Shown here: positions 21,186 through 33,445 of the stretch, one piece after another
How positions within the stretch are numbered: position 1 is the first letter of the stretch
How the letters are laid out: the number at the start of each line of letters is the position of its first letter
DNA from: Trypethelium eluteriae
Lineage: Eukaryota
NCBI GenBank assembly: GCA_051942245.1
Contig: JAVECL010000159.1
Location: 1 to 41,512, forward strand
Direction of reading: 5' to 3'
Length of the DNA stretch: 41,512 nt
Program-made: the position numbers and the translations under genes
Notes under the pieces: model-generated
The model's database searches: none
What the model saw: only the letters and a program-made list of their open reading frames with translations
What the model was told of the DNA's origin: nothing

Positions 21186-24100
21186 ATGGCGCTGGATCCT
21201 GGCGCACCACCAAGGCCCTTCTCTCCCGCCAGCGTGGGGTCCGGACGATCATCCCCAGGCCCGCGCACTGCTAGAAAACAGCTTGAGGATGGTGAGTGGT
21301 GATTTGGAAGCAAAGTGCTGTGGTCGAGGAGCTCACAATCTGCAGGACTTTTCAAAAAAGACAAGGCGTACCGCAAATTTTCTACAGTCATCGAGCGAGC
21401 ATTAGGATCCTTTGATACTGCACAACAAGAATGGGCCGACTATATCTCATTCCTGGGTCGCCTATTAAAGGCAAGGATGCAAACTATTGCAATTCTTACG
21501 GGGTCAACTGACTGATGCCGTACTATTTCAAGCATAGGCTCTTCAGACCCATCCCAACGAGCTTATCGTCCTTCCTCATAGTGGGCAGATAGCAACACGA
21601 TTAGCACAATCCCTCAATCCATCTCTGCCTTCTGGTGTACACCAGAAAGCTCTGGAAGTGTACTCATACATTTTCTCCCTTATAGGTGTAAGCTCGCCTT
21701 CGATTATGTTGCCTTCTTGACCGAAATGCTAATGTGCAGTCCGCGCCAGACCCAAGCTCTTTCACAAGATCTGCGCTTATATTTCCCTGGTCTATCGTCG
21801 GTCCTTTCCTTTGCTTCCCTTACGGTGCGACCACTTTACCTTGGACTCCTTGAGGAGCACCTTGTCCAATTAGATGTCAGTGCACTCCGACCGGCCCTAA
21901 AGTCTATAATATTAAGTCTTTTGCCGGGTCTTGAGGAAGACACTAGTGAGGATTTTGACCGTACTTTGAGCTTGGTTGATAAGATCAGGGCTTCAGTCCG
22001 AGATCAACACACGCTGGACGAGGAGTCAGATAGTCCTGGCGGGGACGATTTCTTCTGGCAATGCTTCTTTCTCGCCTCAATCACTGGTTCTACAAGAAGG
22101 CAAGGCGCTTTGGCATATTTGACCCGAAGGCTACCCAAGCTAGGCAATCCGAAACGCCGGAATAGTACGGTGAGCAACGGAGATGCATCAACTCGACGAG
22201 ACCTCGACCAGCTATCCCCGGAAGCGCAGGCGGTTGTATCACCTGAACCAGGTCTGCTAGTCCGTTGCTTCGCATCCGGCTTGTCGGACAATCAGATCTT
22301 GATTCAGCGTGGTTTTCTGGACTTGTTAGTGACACACGTACCATTGGACTCGCCGATCCTCCAGCAAAAGATCAATGGCAAAGATCTGGAGCTACTCGTT
22401 GGATCAGCGGTCGGGGTCGTCACTAGAAGGGATATGAGTCTGAATCGTAGGCTTTGGGCATGGCTGCTTGGTCCAGAGCCGTCAGTGGACACAGATGGAG
22501 CGAATGAACCTGCGTCATCAACAGACGAACCCAAAGTCTCAGCCACGGCAGTATACTTCACGCAGTATGGGTTCGGTGCGCTGCGCCGTTACCTACTAAA
22601 TGTGTTTGAAAGCAAGAAACTCACTCCATCGGAGCGTGCGAAGCCTTTTCGCCTGTGTTTGTCGCTGATGGATCGTTGGGAGGTCGGAGGGCTTCTTGTT
22701 ACTGATGTATTTGTACCAGCTATGAGGAGTGCGTACGCCTACCGTCAAGTTGGCAGCAAAGAAGAAGTTGAGGAAGTGCAACGGAGTGCGAACATCTTCT
22801 TTGACGGGGTAGAAAGCGGACTTATCTGGGGCGAAATGGTCCGGCTGATTGCCAGTGCTCTCAGTGATGCTAATTCTGAAGAGGCTATCACTCAACTGAA
22901 CCTGGTCAAATTTGTTACGACAAAGTTCAACATCCGGGAGGAAGAGATGATCGTCTGTCACATCCCCATAGCCTTTCTGACGTTGCTTTCAATGCTTCAC
23001 CAAAGAATCCGGCAGAAAGCAGCAATGGGTAATGAGTTGCAGACACTTGCTCTCGATATCGCAGAAACGCTATTGAACATAGTTCCTGAACGAGCATTTC
23101 ACCCGCAACCGCTCAACGGAGATCATGCTTCCAATGCAAGGTTTACGACATTTGAGAAAGTCGAGTCGATGCTTGGTGACATCCGCCATTTTTATGTTCA
23201 AGAAAGAGGCAATCTTGGCATCAGCAAACCACCTCTATCGTCGAGCGATCTTGGTCCAGCAGTGCTGGGGATTGTTCACGCCCTTCTGAACCACGCCCTA
23301 AGATCGCCAGAGAAGTCAACCTTAATCGAACAGCTTGCAAAGATTTTGTCTACTTTGGCTTTGAAGATGCGTAACTCAAGCATTCTGGAACATTTAGATA
23401 TTTTCCCAGCTTTCCAGACTATCCTTTCGGATTGCTCCACCGACCCTGAAAAGAAAATCGCTTCGTTTCCAATTGCCTCCTCCATTAGCGGGCTGCTAAC
23501 GTCATTTCACCGCGCCGGTGCTCTACGATCACATACGAAAAAGGAAGATGTGAAATCCATCGTCCTATTACTTGTGGACATTCTATGGTGGCATCTCTCA
23601 CCCACTTTTCCCAAATATCACGTCGAAGCTGTGCGCCATCTGCGCCAGCTAGAGATAGTCACTGCTCCCGCAAGAGTCATCGAGGCAGTAATCACATCTT
23701 CGGTTGCGAGCCCAAACAGCCTCTCTGGAAAGTCAAGCAGATCGACACGAGTGGATGCCGTCAGGCACTTCAGTATGTTGTGGGTTCACAGCGTCCAACT
23801 CCAGGGAACTCGTGGCGAGCGAACAAGAGGCCACCACCGCGGCTCTAGCGTAACAATATCAGGAGATCAACCTGGTCAACAAGACTTTTCCCGCATCCTT
23901 ACAAGACCACTACTACTGGTCCTTGATGCGCTTGCAGACGAAAACACCGAGCTGTATAACTTTGTCTCCACGTGGTTTCAATCACTGTCATCTGTTTCCG
24001 AAGTCTTCCTCGTCTTAGTCCGGGGCTTACGCTCCTTAAATGTTATAGACCGCATGATGAGCAATGGTTCAGATCCTCGAGCCGATGCACTGGATGGAGA

Positions 24101-26999
24101 CGTTGATGACTCCCCTGAATGTCTGCATCTCCTTCGCCACCTCTACCACCTTGTCAGGCTTTCTTCAGATCAAATTTGGATTACCCTTGCTGGCGCCACC
24201 GTTACAATATCCAAGAGAAAGTCTGACGACTCAGAAGTCATAAGCCTACAAGCATTCTTGGTGCAGATGTCTTTGCAAGTTTTAAAAGTAGGAGGGAACT
24301 CTGCAGGCCCTTTTACCGCTCATCTAGCAATGCCAATCCGTCGAGTTGCCCTCCAGCTTCTACGACAAATCTTCCATGGCCCTTACGCTCTTCCTTTGCG
24401 TGACCTCGAAATTGAGACGCCTCTATTGAGAATGCTTATTCAATCTGTGGAGGAGCAAGATACCGAAATTCAGCCGCTTTTATTAGATCTCGTCCTCTTA
24501 GCCTCGAGGCTTCGTATACAGGATGCTCCCGCAGCCGCGCGTTTGAGGAGGCAAACTCGAGCGAACAGCATAGCATCACGGCTTTCTTTCCAAAATGAGA
24601 GGGGCGAGGATGAATCGCATTCTAACATGCCTGTTCATCCTCCGCCACAGCTCATCGAATGCATTCGTCTGGGAATTTCTTCTTCAAGCCGTTCCTGTCT
24701 TGATAGCTGGGTAGATTTTCTGACCGAGGTCCTTGTCATTTATGAGGAAACGATTTTTCAAAACTTGATACCCCTTGTTGAATCTTTTTGCAAGCAAATC
24801 AGTTCAGTCTTTGATGCTCTCAGATCTGTTTTTGCTAAACTATCGACAACGAAAGAGATGTCGCCGGAGCCGACATTGATATCGCTGCTGAACGGCCTCG
24901 AGCAGATACTTGCTCGCGCTCACGAACGATTGTTGGCAGAGGAGGCAAAATCTGCCGGCACAAAATCGCCCGATCAACCTCAAAGTTTCTTTGGCAACAT
25001 GGTCACTGGTATTTTGTCTCCAGAAATTTCGCAAGCGCGTTCACCTTCGGCAAATAATAGACTCGCTGTGTTGCTTTCTTTCCAGGACACTGTCCGCATC
25101 TCCTTTTCAATCTGGTCCTGGGCAGGCTATAGCCAAGATAATGATACTCAAGACGCTGGCTCAGCCGCAACGTTTGCATATACGTCCTTGCGGATGCGTA
25201 ATCGGGCCAGACGTATACTCGAGCATCTTTTCGCAGCTGAGCCCTTGGAATGCCTTGAAACTCTGGCGATGGTATGGTGTCGCTCGTTTGAAGAGCAAAG
25301 AGCCCCTCCATTTGGTCTGCTCCATGTCCTTGATGGTTCCAAGCCTAAAAATACCATTCCTGCTATATTCAACGCAATTTACAGTCGCACTAATCCACAT
25401 GCTCTGGAACAAACGCGCGTTACTACACTCACGTCAGAACTTTCCGATGTCGAACTGGTTGGTTTCCTCATAGGCTACACAACATCCATCGAAGATGATG
25501 CAATGGACGAAATATGGCCCGACTGCATGACCTTTCTGAGAGATGTTCTTGGTAATCCCATGCCACATCGACAGATTCTTCCAGGACTTTTGGAATTCAC
25601 AACAGCGTTAGCCCAGAAGCTAGACAATACAAGCTTCGGCGATCAAAGGAGAATGCGACGCGAATTAAGCGTGAGTAAATGGACGGCTGGAGACGTAGAG
25701 CAATCATTAACATTGAAGTAGGACCTCTTTACCAGATTGCTTACGGCAACATTTACAACGAGGGGCTCTGTTGTTGATCTTCCGTCCTCCTCAGCATCTG
25801 ACAAGCCTAGATCGCAAGTGGAAACTCGCTCAAGCAGGTTGCTTGATGTCGTGGAGATTCTTGCTACTACGATTCCCAAATTGGGACTTATCCTCGAAAC
25901 CAACGATCGCATTGCGGCTGTTGGGAATAGTATCTGCACGAGTGTGCTGAACCCAGTATTTCGTTCCAGGAATTTCCCAGAGAACGTAACAAGAGCTACT
26001 CTAGATCTTCTCTACCAACTTAGCCGTATACCTCAATCCTCCAAGTCGTGGAAACGGGAAGCCAACGAGGCGTTCAATGACCCCAGATTTCTTGCTACAC
26101 CATTCGATTTGATCGAGTCGGGCTGGATGCCGATACTACGGCAGCTTTCCCTAAGCGATAGGGACCGCATTCCCGAGCTACTATCACGTGTATCATCGCC
26201 CACCACAGCAGGCATAGTTTTTGGCGTTGGAGCTGTATCCGCTCGTCTCGAAGCTGATCGCCGAACCCAACTAGCAATCCGGCGGGTTACGCTTTTAGCA
26301 ATGGCAGCTGACGAGGACAGCTACGTCCAGCATCTTCCCTTGATCAAAGAAAAACTTGTTGATCTTCTGAGTGCCACCTCCACGTCTTCTCCTTCGTCTG
26401 CCACTCGCGCCGACCTGTATTTGCTGCTGAGAGCCCTGATCCTCCGCACTTCTCCGACCCAACTGGCGCCGCTCTGGCCTATCCTCAATTCTGAACTTCA
26501 TGTCGCGCTCTCTTCTCTACTTCCTGAATCGGAGTCCCTAGTGCAGGAAACGTATAGCGCACCGGCGCTCTTACAGGCCTGCAAACTGCTCGATTTATTA
26601 ATCGCTATTGCTCCGGATGACTTCCAGCTAATAGAATGGCTTTACGTGACTGATACTATCGATACAGTCTATCGACCTTCGAATTGGCATCCAACTGCAC
26701 TGGTAGATGAGATTTCGGACGAATTAGGATCGTTGGGTCAGATGAGCCCAGGGGCCGGGCTCTCTTCCACTCAAACAAGCAATATGGGAGGGAAGCGAAG
26801 AATGCTTCTCGAGGTTGATAGTGATTTGGATGTCAAGAGGATGGACAAGTCGGAAATAGTTGTCAAGGTGTTGAGGCCATGGTTCGGTCACCTGAGCATT
26901 GCAGCATTCGAAGGGGTCTATGGGATGGGAAGTCCTGATCTGGAGCATTGCGAAAAGATGGTGTTAAGGGATATATGCGATGACGCAACAATTGTTTGA
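21186..26999 (+). CDS. DOP1: Dopey family protein (Dop1/DopA), about 1859 aa; exons 21186-21291, 21346-21470, 21538-21687, 21750-25670, 25722-26999
   Basis: Dopey N-terminal motifs EWADYISFLGRLLKALQ, LNPSLPSGVHQKALEVY, LLPGLEE and RRDMSLNRRLWAWLLG, plus C-terminal ACKLLDLL..DDFQLIEW. Intron 2 is GC-AG. Confidence 0.93.
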
Positions 27000-27292
27000 G
27001 TAGTCTCTTTCACGTTAGACACACGCCCAATCTAAGATTTCAGAAGCTTCGCCATGATCTTCTCCTAGCTGTGAATAGACATGACGCGTAAGAAAGATAA
27101 TGTAGGATGAAAGGCAGAGGTCATATTTAGTCTTGCGAATTTTTGCAAGGGAGCTCTTCGGCTCCTGGTGCTCCGCCCGAGCTTCTTGACAAGCTTCAGA
27201 GCTCCGCTACTAATAGTCAACCCAAAGCGAGTATTCCTCTATTATTGAGCAATTATCATTTCACAACCGAGAGAGATCTGGACGTAGTCCAC

Positions 27293-27797
27293 ATGGCCTT
27301 TCGAGCGCTCTTCCGATGCGCATATGCGCCATTCGCGTTCCGCACCCTCGCCTATCCCTCGTCCTCGATTGTCCGCGCCACAAGAACTTTCCAAAGCTCG
27401 AGTCGATTGATGGAAACACCAAGCCAGCCTTTGCCTGTAAGGAAGCCAATTGGAGCTTTCCGTGGAGGGTGAGTAGCCGTTGAAGCGCTCAAGTCTACCG
27501 TCACATCTCGCAGCTAAATCTTGGTTCGTATAGTTTATTCGGTTTCCTCCTTGGCTCTGTAGTCTCAGGCAGCGGCCTCTACTACTATGTCCTGAATGAG
27601 TACAAGGTGTCGAACGAACTCTTGACCGAGGATATCTATGTACGTGTCGTGCTGTGGAATATTTGGATGCATTGTGACAATCCAAGACTATAGCTGACAG
27701 TGTTTCATTGCAGGCATTGCAAGCAGCGGTACAACGGATAGAAGGATATGTGAAGACGCTCGAAGACAAGGTGACCGATGTGTCAAGGAAGAAATAG
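27293..27797 (+). CDS. Small probable mitochondrial single-pass membrane protein with C-terminal coiled coil, 121 aa; exons 27293-27468, 27534-27639, 27714-27797
   Basis: R/S/A-rich, acid-free presequence (MAFRALFRCAYAPFAFRTLA...RTFQSSSRL), then KPIGAFRGGLFGFLLGSVVSGSGLYYYVLNEYKVSNELLTEDIYALQAAVQRIEGYVKTLEDK. Two canonical introns keep the frame. Confidence 0.8.
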
Positions 27798-28174
27798 ATA
27801 TCGTAGATGGACAATCGGATAAGTGAACTTATCCTGCTGGAAGGGATCTCGTGACAGAGGATATCCACAAAAACAAACACCATTGATCCAGAAGATCAAA
27901 TCAGCAGCCAATGGAAGAGAGCCGAGCTGGTCTCATCGGCTTACCGATGGCCGCTCCAAAATATTCATTGGTCATTGATGTTGTTGTTGGAAGATAAGGA
28001 CCAAGCTGGCGATTCAAATACCTGTATACATATGCTCGTATCTAATTGAATAAAATGCACGTCTGAGAAGGTGTACGCTGAACCATCCCAGGAATCTATC
28101 AGCCCACGCCATTCGCCGTTGCTCAGCAAGCTGACAAAAATGCGATCCAATATTCCATCTTTACATACTGATCC

Positions 28175-29262
28175 TCACTTTGCAGTAATAGGGACAGCCT
28201 TCTTCGCTTGTTGTGCGGCAGTATCAGCAATCGCTTTGCCTTTCTCCGCAGCAGCGTCAACAATTTTTTGCACCCGCTCTGCCCTCACCTTTCTTAAGTA
28301 TCTGAACAAAAGAATAAATACAAGCTCCATCCTCTCTTTCGTCATCATCAAGAATCCTTGGACCAGCAGACCCTTCAGAATTTGTGGTGCAATGCCTTTG
28401 AAGAGAGCAAATGGGCCTTCATGTTGTACGATATAGGCCATGACTTCAACGAATGATTTAAAAGGTTTGCCCTCGCGCGCTGGAGGTGGGCGAGACTGGA
28501 GACCAACCTTGGCGACAATGAGTGGTTGAGTAGCGATTGTAGCCAGCGCCTTGGATGCAGCGCCTAGGACGAATGCCTCCCACGGCCGAAGATTGCTCTG
28601 TCCAGGGAATAAGATTTCTCTGAGCCTTTGGTAGGCGCCATAGGTAATTGCGGGATTGACCACCAGAACCAAACTGGCCTTCAATCCTCGCCACAATCCT
28701 GTCCATCCGTCTTCGCTTTCAATAACTTCCTTAGCTGTGTCGATGAGGCCTTTCTTGTCTCCCTTCGGTTGCGTCTGCTGCCGAGTAGTGATAACTGCAA
28801 CTGGTATGGTGAACAATTGAGCGAGCGCACCCGCAACGGCACCAAGGGAAAGCTCTGCTGCAGTACCCGGCTTCTGTGTATTCGCATATCTAAGATAGAG
28901 CTCCCGGACGACAGTGTACCAGTAGAAATAAGCAAAATTCGTGGAAGCAACCCCAAGAAGAGAACCCGTCATGCCAGAATAGAGACCATGCAAGCCTTCC
29001 TGTTCGACGATGGTGAAGATTGCATGAAGCGTCGAGTCATAGTGATCGTGTGTTGTAGTCTTTGCTATCTCGCCGGGCTTACGCTTGACCTGAACTTGTA
29101 AGCGAGTCTTAACTCTGGAGAACGATTAGCCAGAACGGACTGAGGGGTATTCCTGTAACTGTACATATCCAGAGGGTAGACAAGAGCATTCGCCAGCACC
29201 GCGCCAGCAGAGCCGGCTACGGCATAACCCCATGGTGGAAGCTCTTTCGATTGACCGGCCAT
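28175..29262 (-). CDS. ANT1: Mitochondrial-carrier-family protein, peroxisomal adenine nucleotide transporter (Ant1/PMP47-like), 345 aa; intron 29164-29115
   Basis: Carrier repeats YPLDIVKTRLQVQ, IPVAVITTRQQ and QPLIVAKVGLQ. NFAYFYWY and LVLVVNPAITYG are typical of the peroxisomal Ant1 subfamily. Confidence 0.82.
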
Positions 29263-29833
29263 TGAAAGCTCAAGACCACGGATACAGCTTGAACTATATT
29301 AAGGTCGTCGCTCACGATCCTGTCGGAAAAAAATGGCGTCGTTCTGGGCCGAGGAAGCGGGACGGGGTTGGATGACGACAGACTTGGCGGGATGAATTAG
29401 GTCCACGATAGCAACATGCTACCTTCTCATGATTATGATACGAAAATTGTCGGACGGTCCGACAATTGGTCTTGGGTTCACCGACAAATAGAAGGCAAGC
29501 TCTTATTGAATGGTGCACATGGCCGATAAAGAAAGCAACTGCCTGGATACCGCTTGGAGGAATGAGCCGAGGTAGCGAGGGCGGCGTGGGCGGTAATCAC
29601 CGGCATAATGTTCAACGATTCTGCCAGATTCTGCCGGATTATATCACTTCACCGCCTGGAGACGCGGACTATACGGCGCGTCTATTATTATCTCTCCTCA
29701 AGTTTCCTACTTGGAACTCACGGCCACACTAAGCGATAGAGCGCTGCATTGAGCGGCAAGACCGCGTAGCCGTCGATAGGGTGTTCAGATCCGGATTGAT
29801 GTACAGAAGCGCATCCCTCAAAAATCCACTGAA

Positions 29834-32706
29834 ATGCAGAGCGACCCATTTAACATCGCCGAGCTTGATGCTCAGTCTCAGGTAGGGCAAGAGTATAATC
29901 CCTCTAAGTCTGTTCCACGTGTTTACAACATCCAGGAGCTTGAGGCCGAAATAGCTCAGGCAACTGACAAAGATGCTGCCCTTCAGCTGGCCGTTAGAGC
30001 AGCCGAGCTTGCCATGAGATGCCTCCAACTAGCCAGCAGCAGCGACCAGAAAGCGGCAGTAAGCAAAAGGTGTAAATTGCTCCTAGAACAAGCTGAAGAG
30101 ATCAAAAATGACCCTCACTGGCAGCCTTTCAAGCCGATCAGACAACAGAGTTCGTCCGCATGTCTTCCTCTGGTCAAAAAACTGAACGATCCTATCTCTG
30201 CACGGAAATTCACAACGTCAGAAAAGATAGTCCTCCTTAAGGCCTCAAAATTGAACGACTACATCTTTCCACAATGGGAAGGACCCCCTGATCCGAGCTA
30301 TTTCGAAATTAAACCTGACCAGAAACCTTTTTTAGACGCTCCTGAACTCGGCCTTTCGGAATTCCAGCGAAGCATCTTCAAAGGTTGGAAACGCGCTTCT
30401 GAAGCATTACCGCCCCCGGCATGGTATCCTGATGCATCGCCAACAATGGTACCATCAATGGACCCGACGAGCGAAACAGACCTGGTCCAAGATGCCGCTA
30501 CAGACTGCTCAGTTGTAGCCTCTCTCTGCGCTGACTCGGCAAGGGCAAGCCGTGGCTATGCAAGAATCATACCTTCCAAAATATATCCATGCGATGCCAG
30601 CTCGGGATTGCCCCAGAGCTCGCCAAATGGAAAATACGTCGTTCAACTTAACTTGAATGGATGCTGGAGAAAGGTTGAAATTGACGATCGTCTTCCTGTC
30701 TCAAGGACTCAACGTACGATCCATGTAATTGATCGCCGCAATCCAGCTCTTTTGTGGCCTGCGCTCGTAGAAAAGGCGTTCCTTAAAGTAAGAGGGGGCT
30801 ACGATTTCCCTGGAAGTAACTCTGGGACAGACTTGTGGATGTTGACCGGATGGATTCCACAACATATCTTTTTGCAGTGCGATGAGATAGTGACGGCCCA
30901 ACTTTGGAAGCAAATGTTCAGCGGCTTCGCCAATGGTGATGTCCTCATTACCATGGGGACTGGGAAAATATCCAACCATCTGGAGCGTGAGATAGGCTTG
31001 GCCGGGGAGCACGACTATGCTGTTCTTGATCTCCGAGAGAAAGATGAGCAATGCCTATTGCTAGTCAAGAACCCCTGGTGCGAAGGTACATCTTGGAAAG
31101 GGAGCATTCCGCCATTGTCAGAGGACGGTCATGGCGAAAACGGAGATGCTTTCGAGAGCTCCAAGACCCCAGATCTGATTGACTTCAAGTCAGAACCCCC
31201 GAACCTGTTCACACCAGAGAATGACCTTAGGCCTGGCACATTCTGGATTGACCTGCAGAACGTCATGCAGCATTTCGAATCCATCTACCTGAACTGGTAT
31301 CCTGGGATGTTCAATCACAGACAGGATATTCATTTTTCGTGGGACCTCAGTTCCGATGAGTTGAACTGTGGAAGAGCGACTGGGTGTCTAATTTACAATC
31401 CTCAATTCTTGTTGACTACTTCCGCCGGAGGCGAGACTGCTTATCTGCTTCTAAGCAGACATTTTAGGGGAAATGAAGCGCGGCCTAGTTCGCAGGAGCC
31501 TCAATCGCTTCTGGAATCTAAACCGCAATACATCAGTCTTTATGCTTTTAAGAATGGAGGAAAGAGAGTATACCTTCGAGACGGATCGATCCATCGTGGG
31601 CCGTACGTTGATTCTCCACAGACGCTGTTGTGTCTCGAGCTTGAGCCAAACACCTCGTATACAATTGTTGCTTGCGAACAAGATTTAAAGAGCTCGGCAC
31701 ACACATTTACTCTTTCCACTTTCTCTCAAACGCCCATCACCTTATCCAAAGCCATAGATTCGTATCCATATCACACCACTATCCAGGGATCTTGGAACAA
31801 ATCAACTGCTGGTGGTAATGCAAGTTCTGAATCATACTTACAGAACCCGCAATATTCCCTTGCGTTGACCCGAAAGACATCACTGGCAATTATACTGCTC
31901 AGCGCGACGACGGATCTGCACATCCATCTGAAGCTTCTGCACAGCGGACAGAAACCTAGCCGAGTTAAGAGTGTCGTTCGACAGGATATTATTGTAGAAT
32001 CAGGAGATTATCGTCAAGGTAGTGCACTGGCAGAACTTTCCTCCGAGCTGGACGCAGGCACTTATGCCATCATATGCTCGACTTTCGATGCGGGTAAGCC
32101 AGCCAGTCTCCTACTGTACTTTTCACGCTGAAAGGAAACTTGTTATTAACATCAAAGACAGGACAAGTGGGAAATTTCACCATTCGCATTGACAGCATGG
32201 CGCAAACCTCTATACGTAAACTACCGCAGGAAGGTGCCGGTCGTTTGCGTAAGAAGCTTGCCGACGCGTCCTTCCGCGAGGGCACGCTCAAGGTGGCAGC
32301 ACCCATCGTACCCAAGCGCCACACGCGCCTTGCTTTGACTGCAAAACACAAAGGCGCATTTAGCAAACCGAAAAAGACACCGGCGAGAAGTGGAGAGGGT
32401 TACGAATACCTGCCTGAAGCCCTCAAATCACATAGCCTTTTGCAGATGACACTCGAGATTGGCCGAGGTCCCATGCGGCACATTTTAATGGCGAGTTCAA
32501 ATGGACAGCATGCAGACGCGGTGAATGGAGTTAGCACAGAGGATGTGGATCTATTTCCAGAGATGAAGGGTGCGCGTGAAATTTGGCTTGTCTTAGACCG
32601 AATGAGTGCCCCTTATGACGCTGTCGAGGAGTGGTTTGAGGTGGAAATGTTCAGCGACACGTTCGATGGAATCTCGGTCGGCGTTTGGCGAAGTTGGGAT
32701 GATTAA
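29834..32706 (+). CDS. palB: Calpain-like cysteine protease PalB/Rim13 (ambient pH signalling), about 916 aa; probable introns 29882-29935 (in-frame) and 32094-32161
   Basis: N-terminal MIT-like helices; catalytic triad motifs QDAATDCSVVASLC, GEHDYAV and KNPW; YDFPGSNSGTDL; calpain-III motif TAGGN..Y..NPQY. The second intron joins STFDAG|QVGNFT. Confidence 0.9.
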
Positions 32707-33445
32707 TGGAGGACCTTAGCCTTGTCTACCTGTCTCGGGCGTTTAAGGCTTTAGATTGGTCGGATGATACCCCACGTATTATGAGGAAAGGCTTCTGATG
32801 GAGGTAGATGACAATGATTGCAATGAAACCCAGGTGCGGTACCTAATCCTTGATCAGATGCTGCTAAGCTACACGTGATGTTCACACTGAAGGGTTTGGA
32901 GGAAAGACAGTGATCAAGCACCGTGCGAGCATGATTGGCCCTGAAGCACTCGAGGTTTGGGCACCCGATTGACCCGGCATAGGAATGCCTCACGTTGCGC
33001 ACTGATGCTGCCATAATAGAATCGCAGCACTATCACCTAGACTACTGCCTGCTCTCGTGCTCTGTCTTAAGTCTAAAGCATTGCTAATCTCGGTCTGAAT
33101 TGGAGAGCCAGAGACGCCGCGCTCCCCAGAAAAATCCTTCGGGCCCTTCCCAGTTGACGACGACGTCACGCGCGTGGAGCTCCAAGCCTCGTCAATTCTA
33201 CGACCCAAGGTGTAAAGCTCCCCAGAAAGACCGCCACACCTACGATTACCAGCCTCTACCTCCCTTTCAGCGCTTTCCTGTCAGCAACATATTATTCTCT
33301 ACCATCTCCAATTTTACCGTCCCTGCAGCGAAGCCAAATAGTAACAGCGAGTACTGGACGACTGCTCGGGCTTTTGCCCGCTAACGGCGCAGAAGCCCAC
33401 CTCAAAGAACGAGCCCACACTCGCCATATCCACACCTCAACAGTC

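Noticed and set aside
27242..27883. 213-aa minus-strand ORF
   Set aside because: Antisense shadow of the spliced mitochondrial protein gene, with no motifs.
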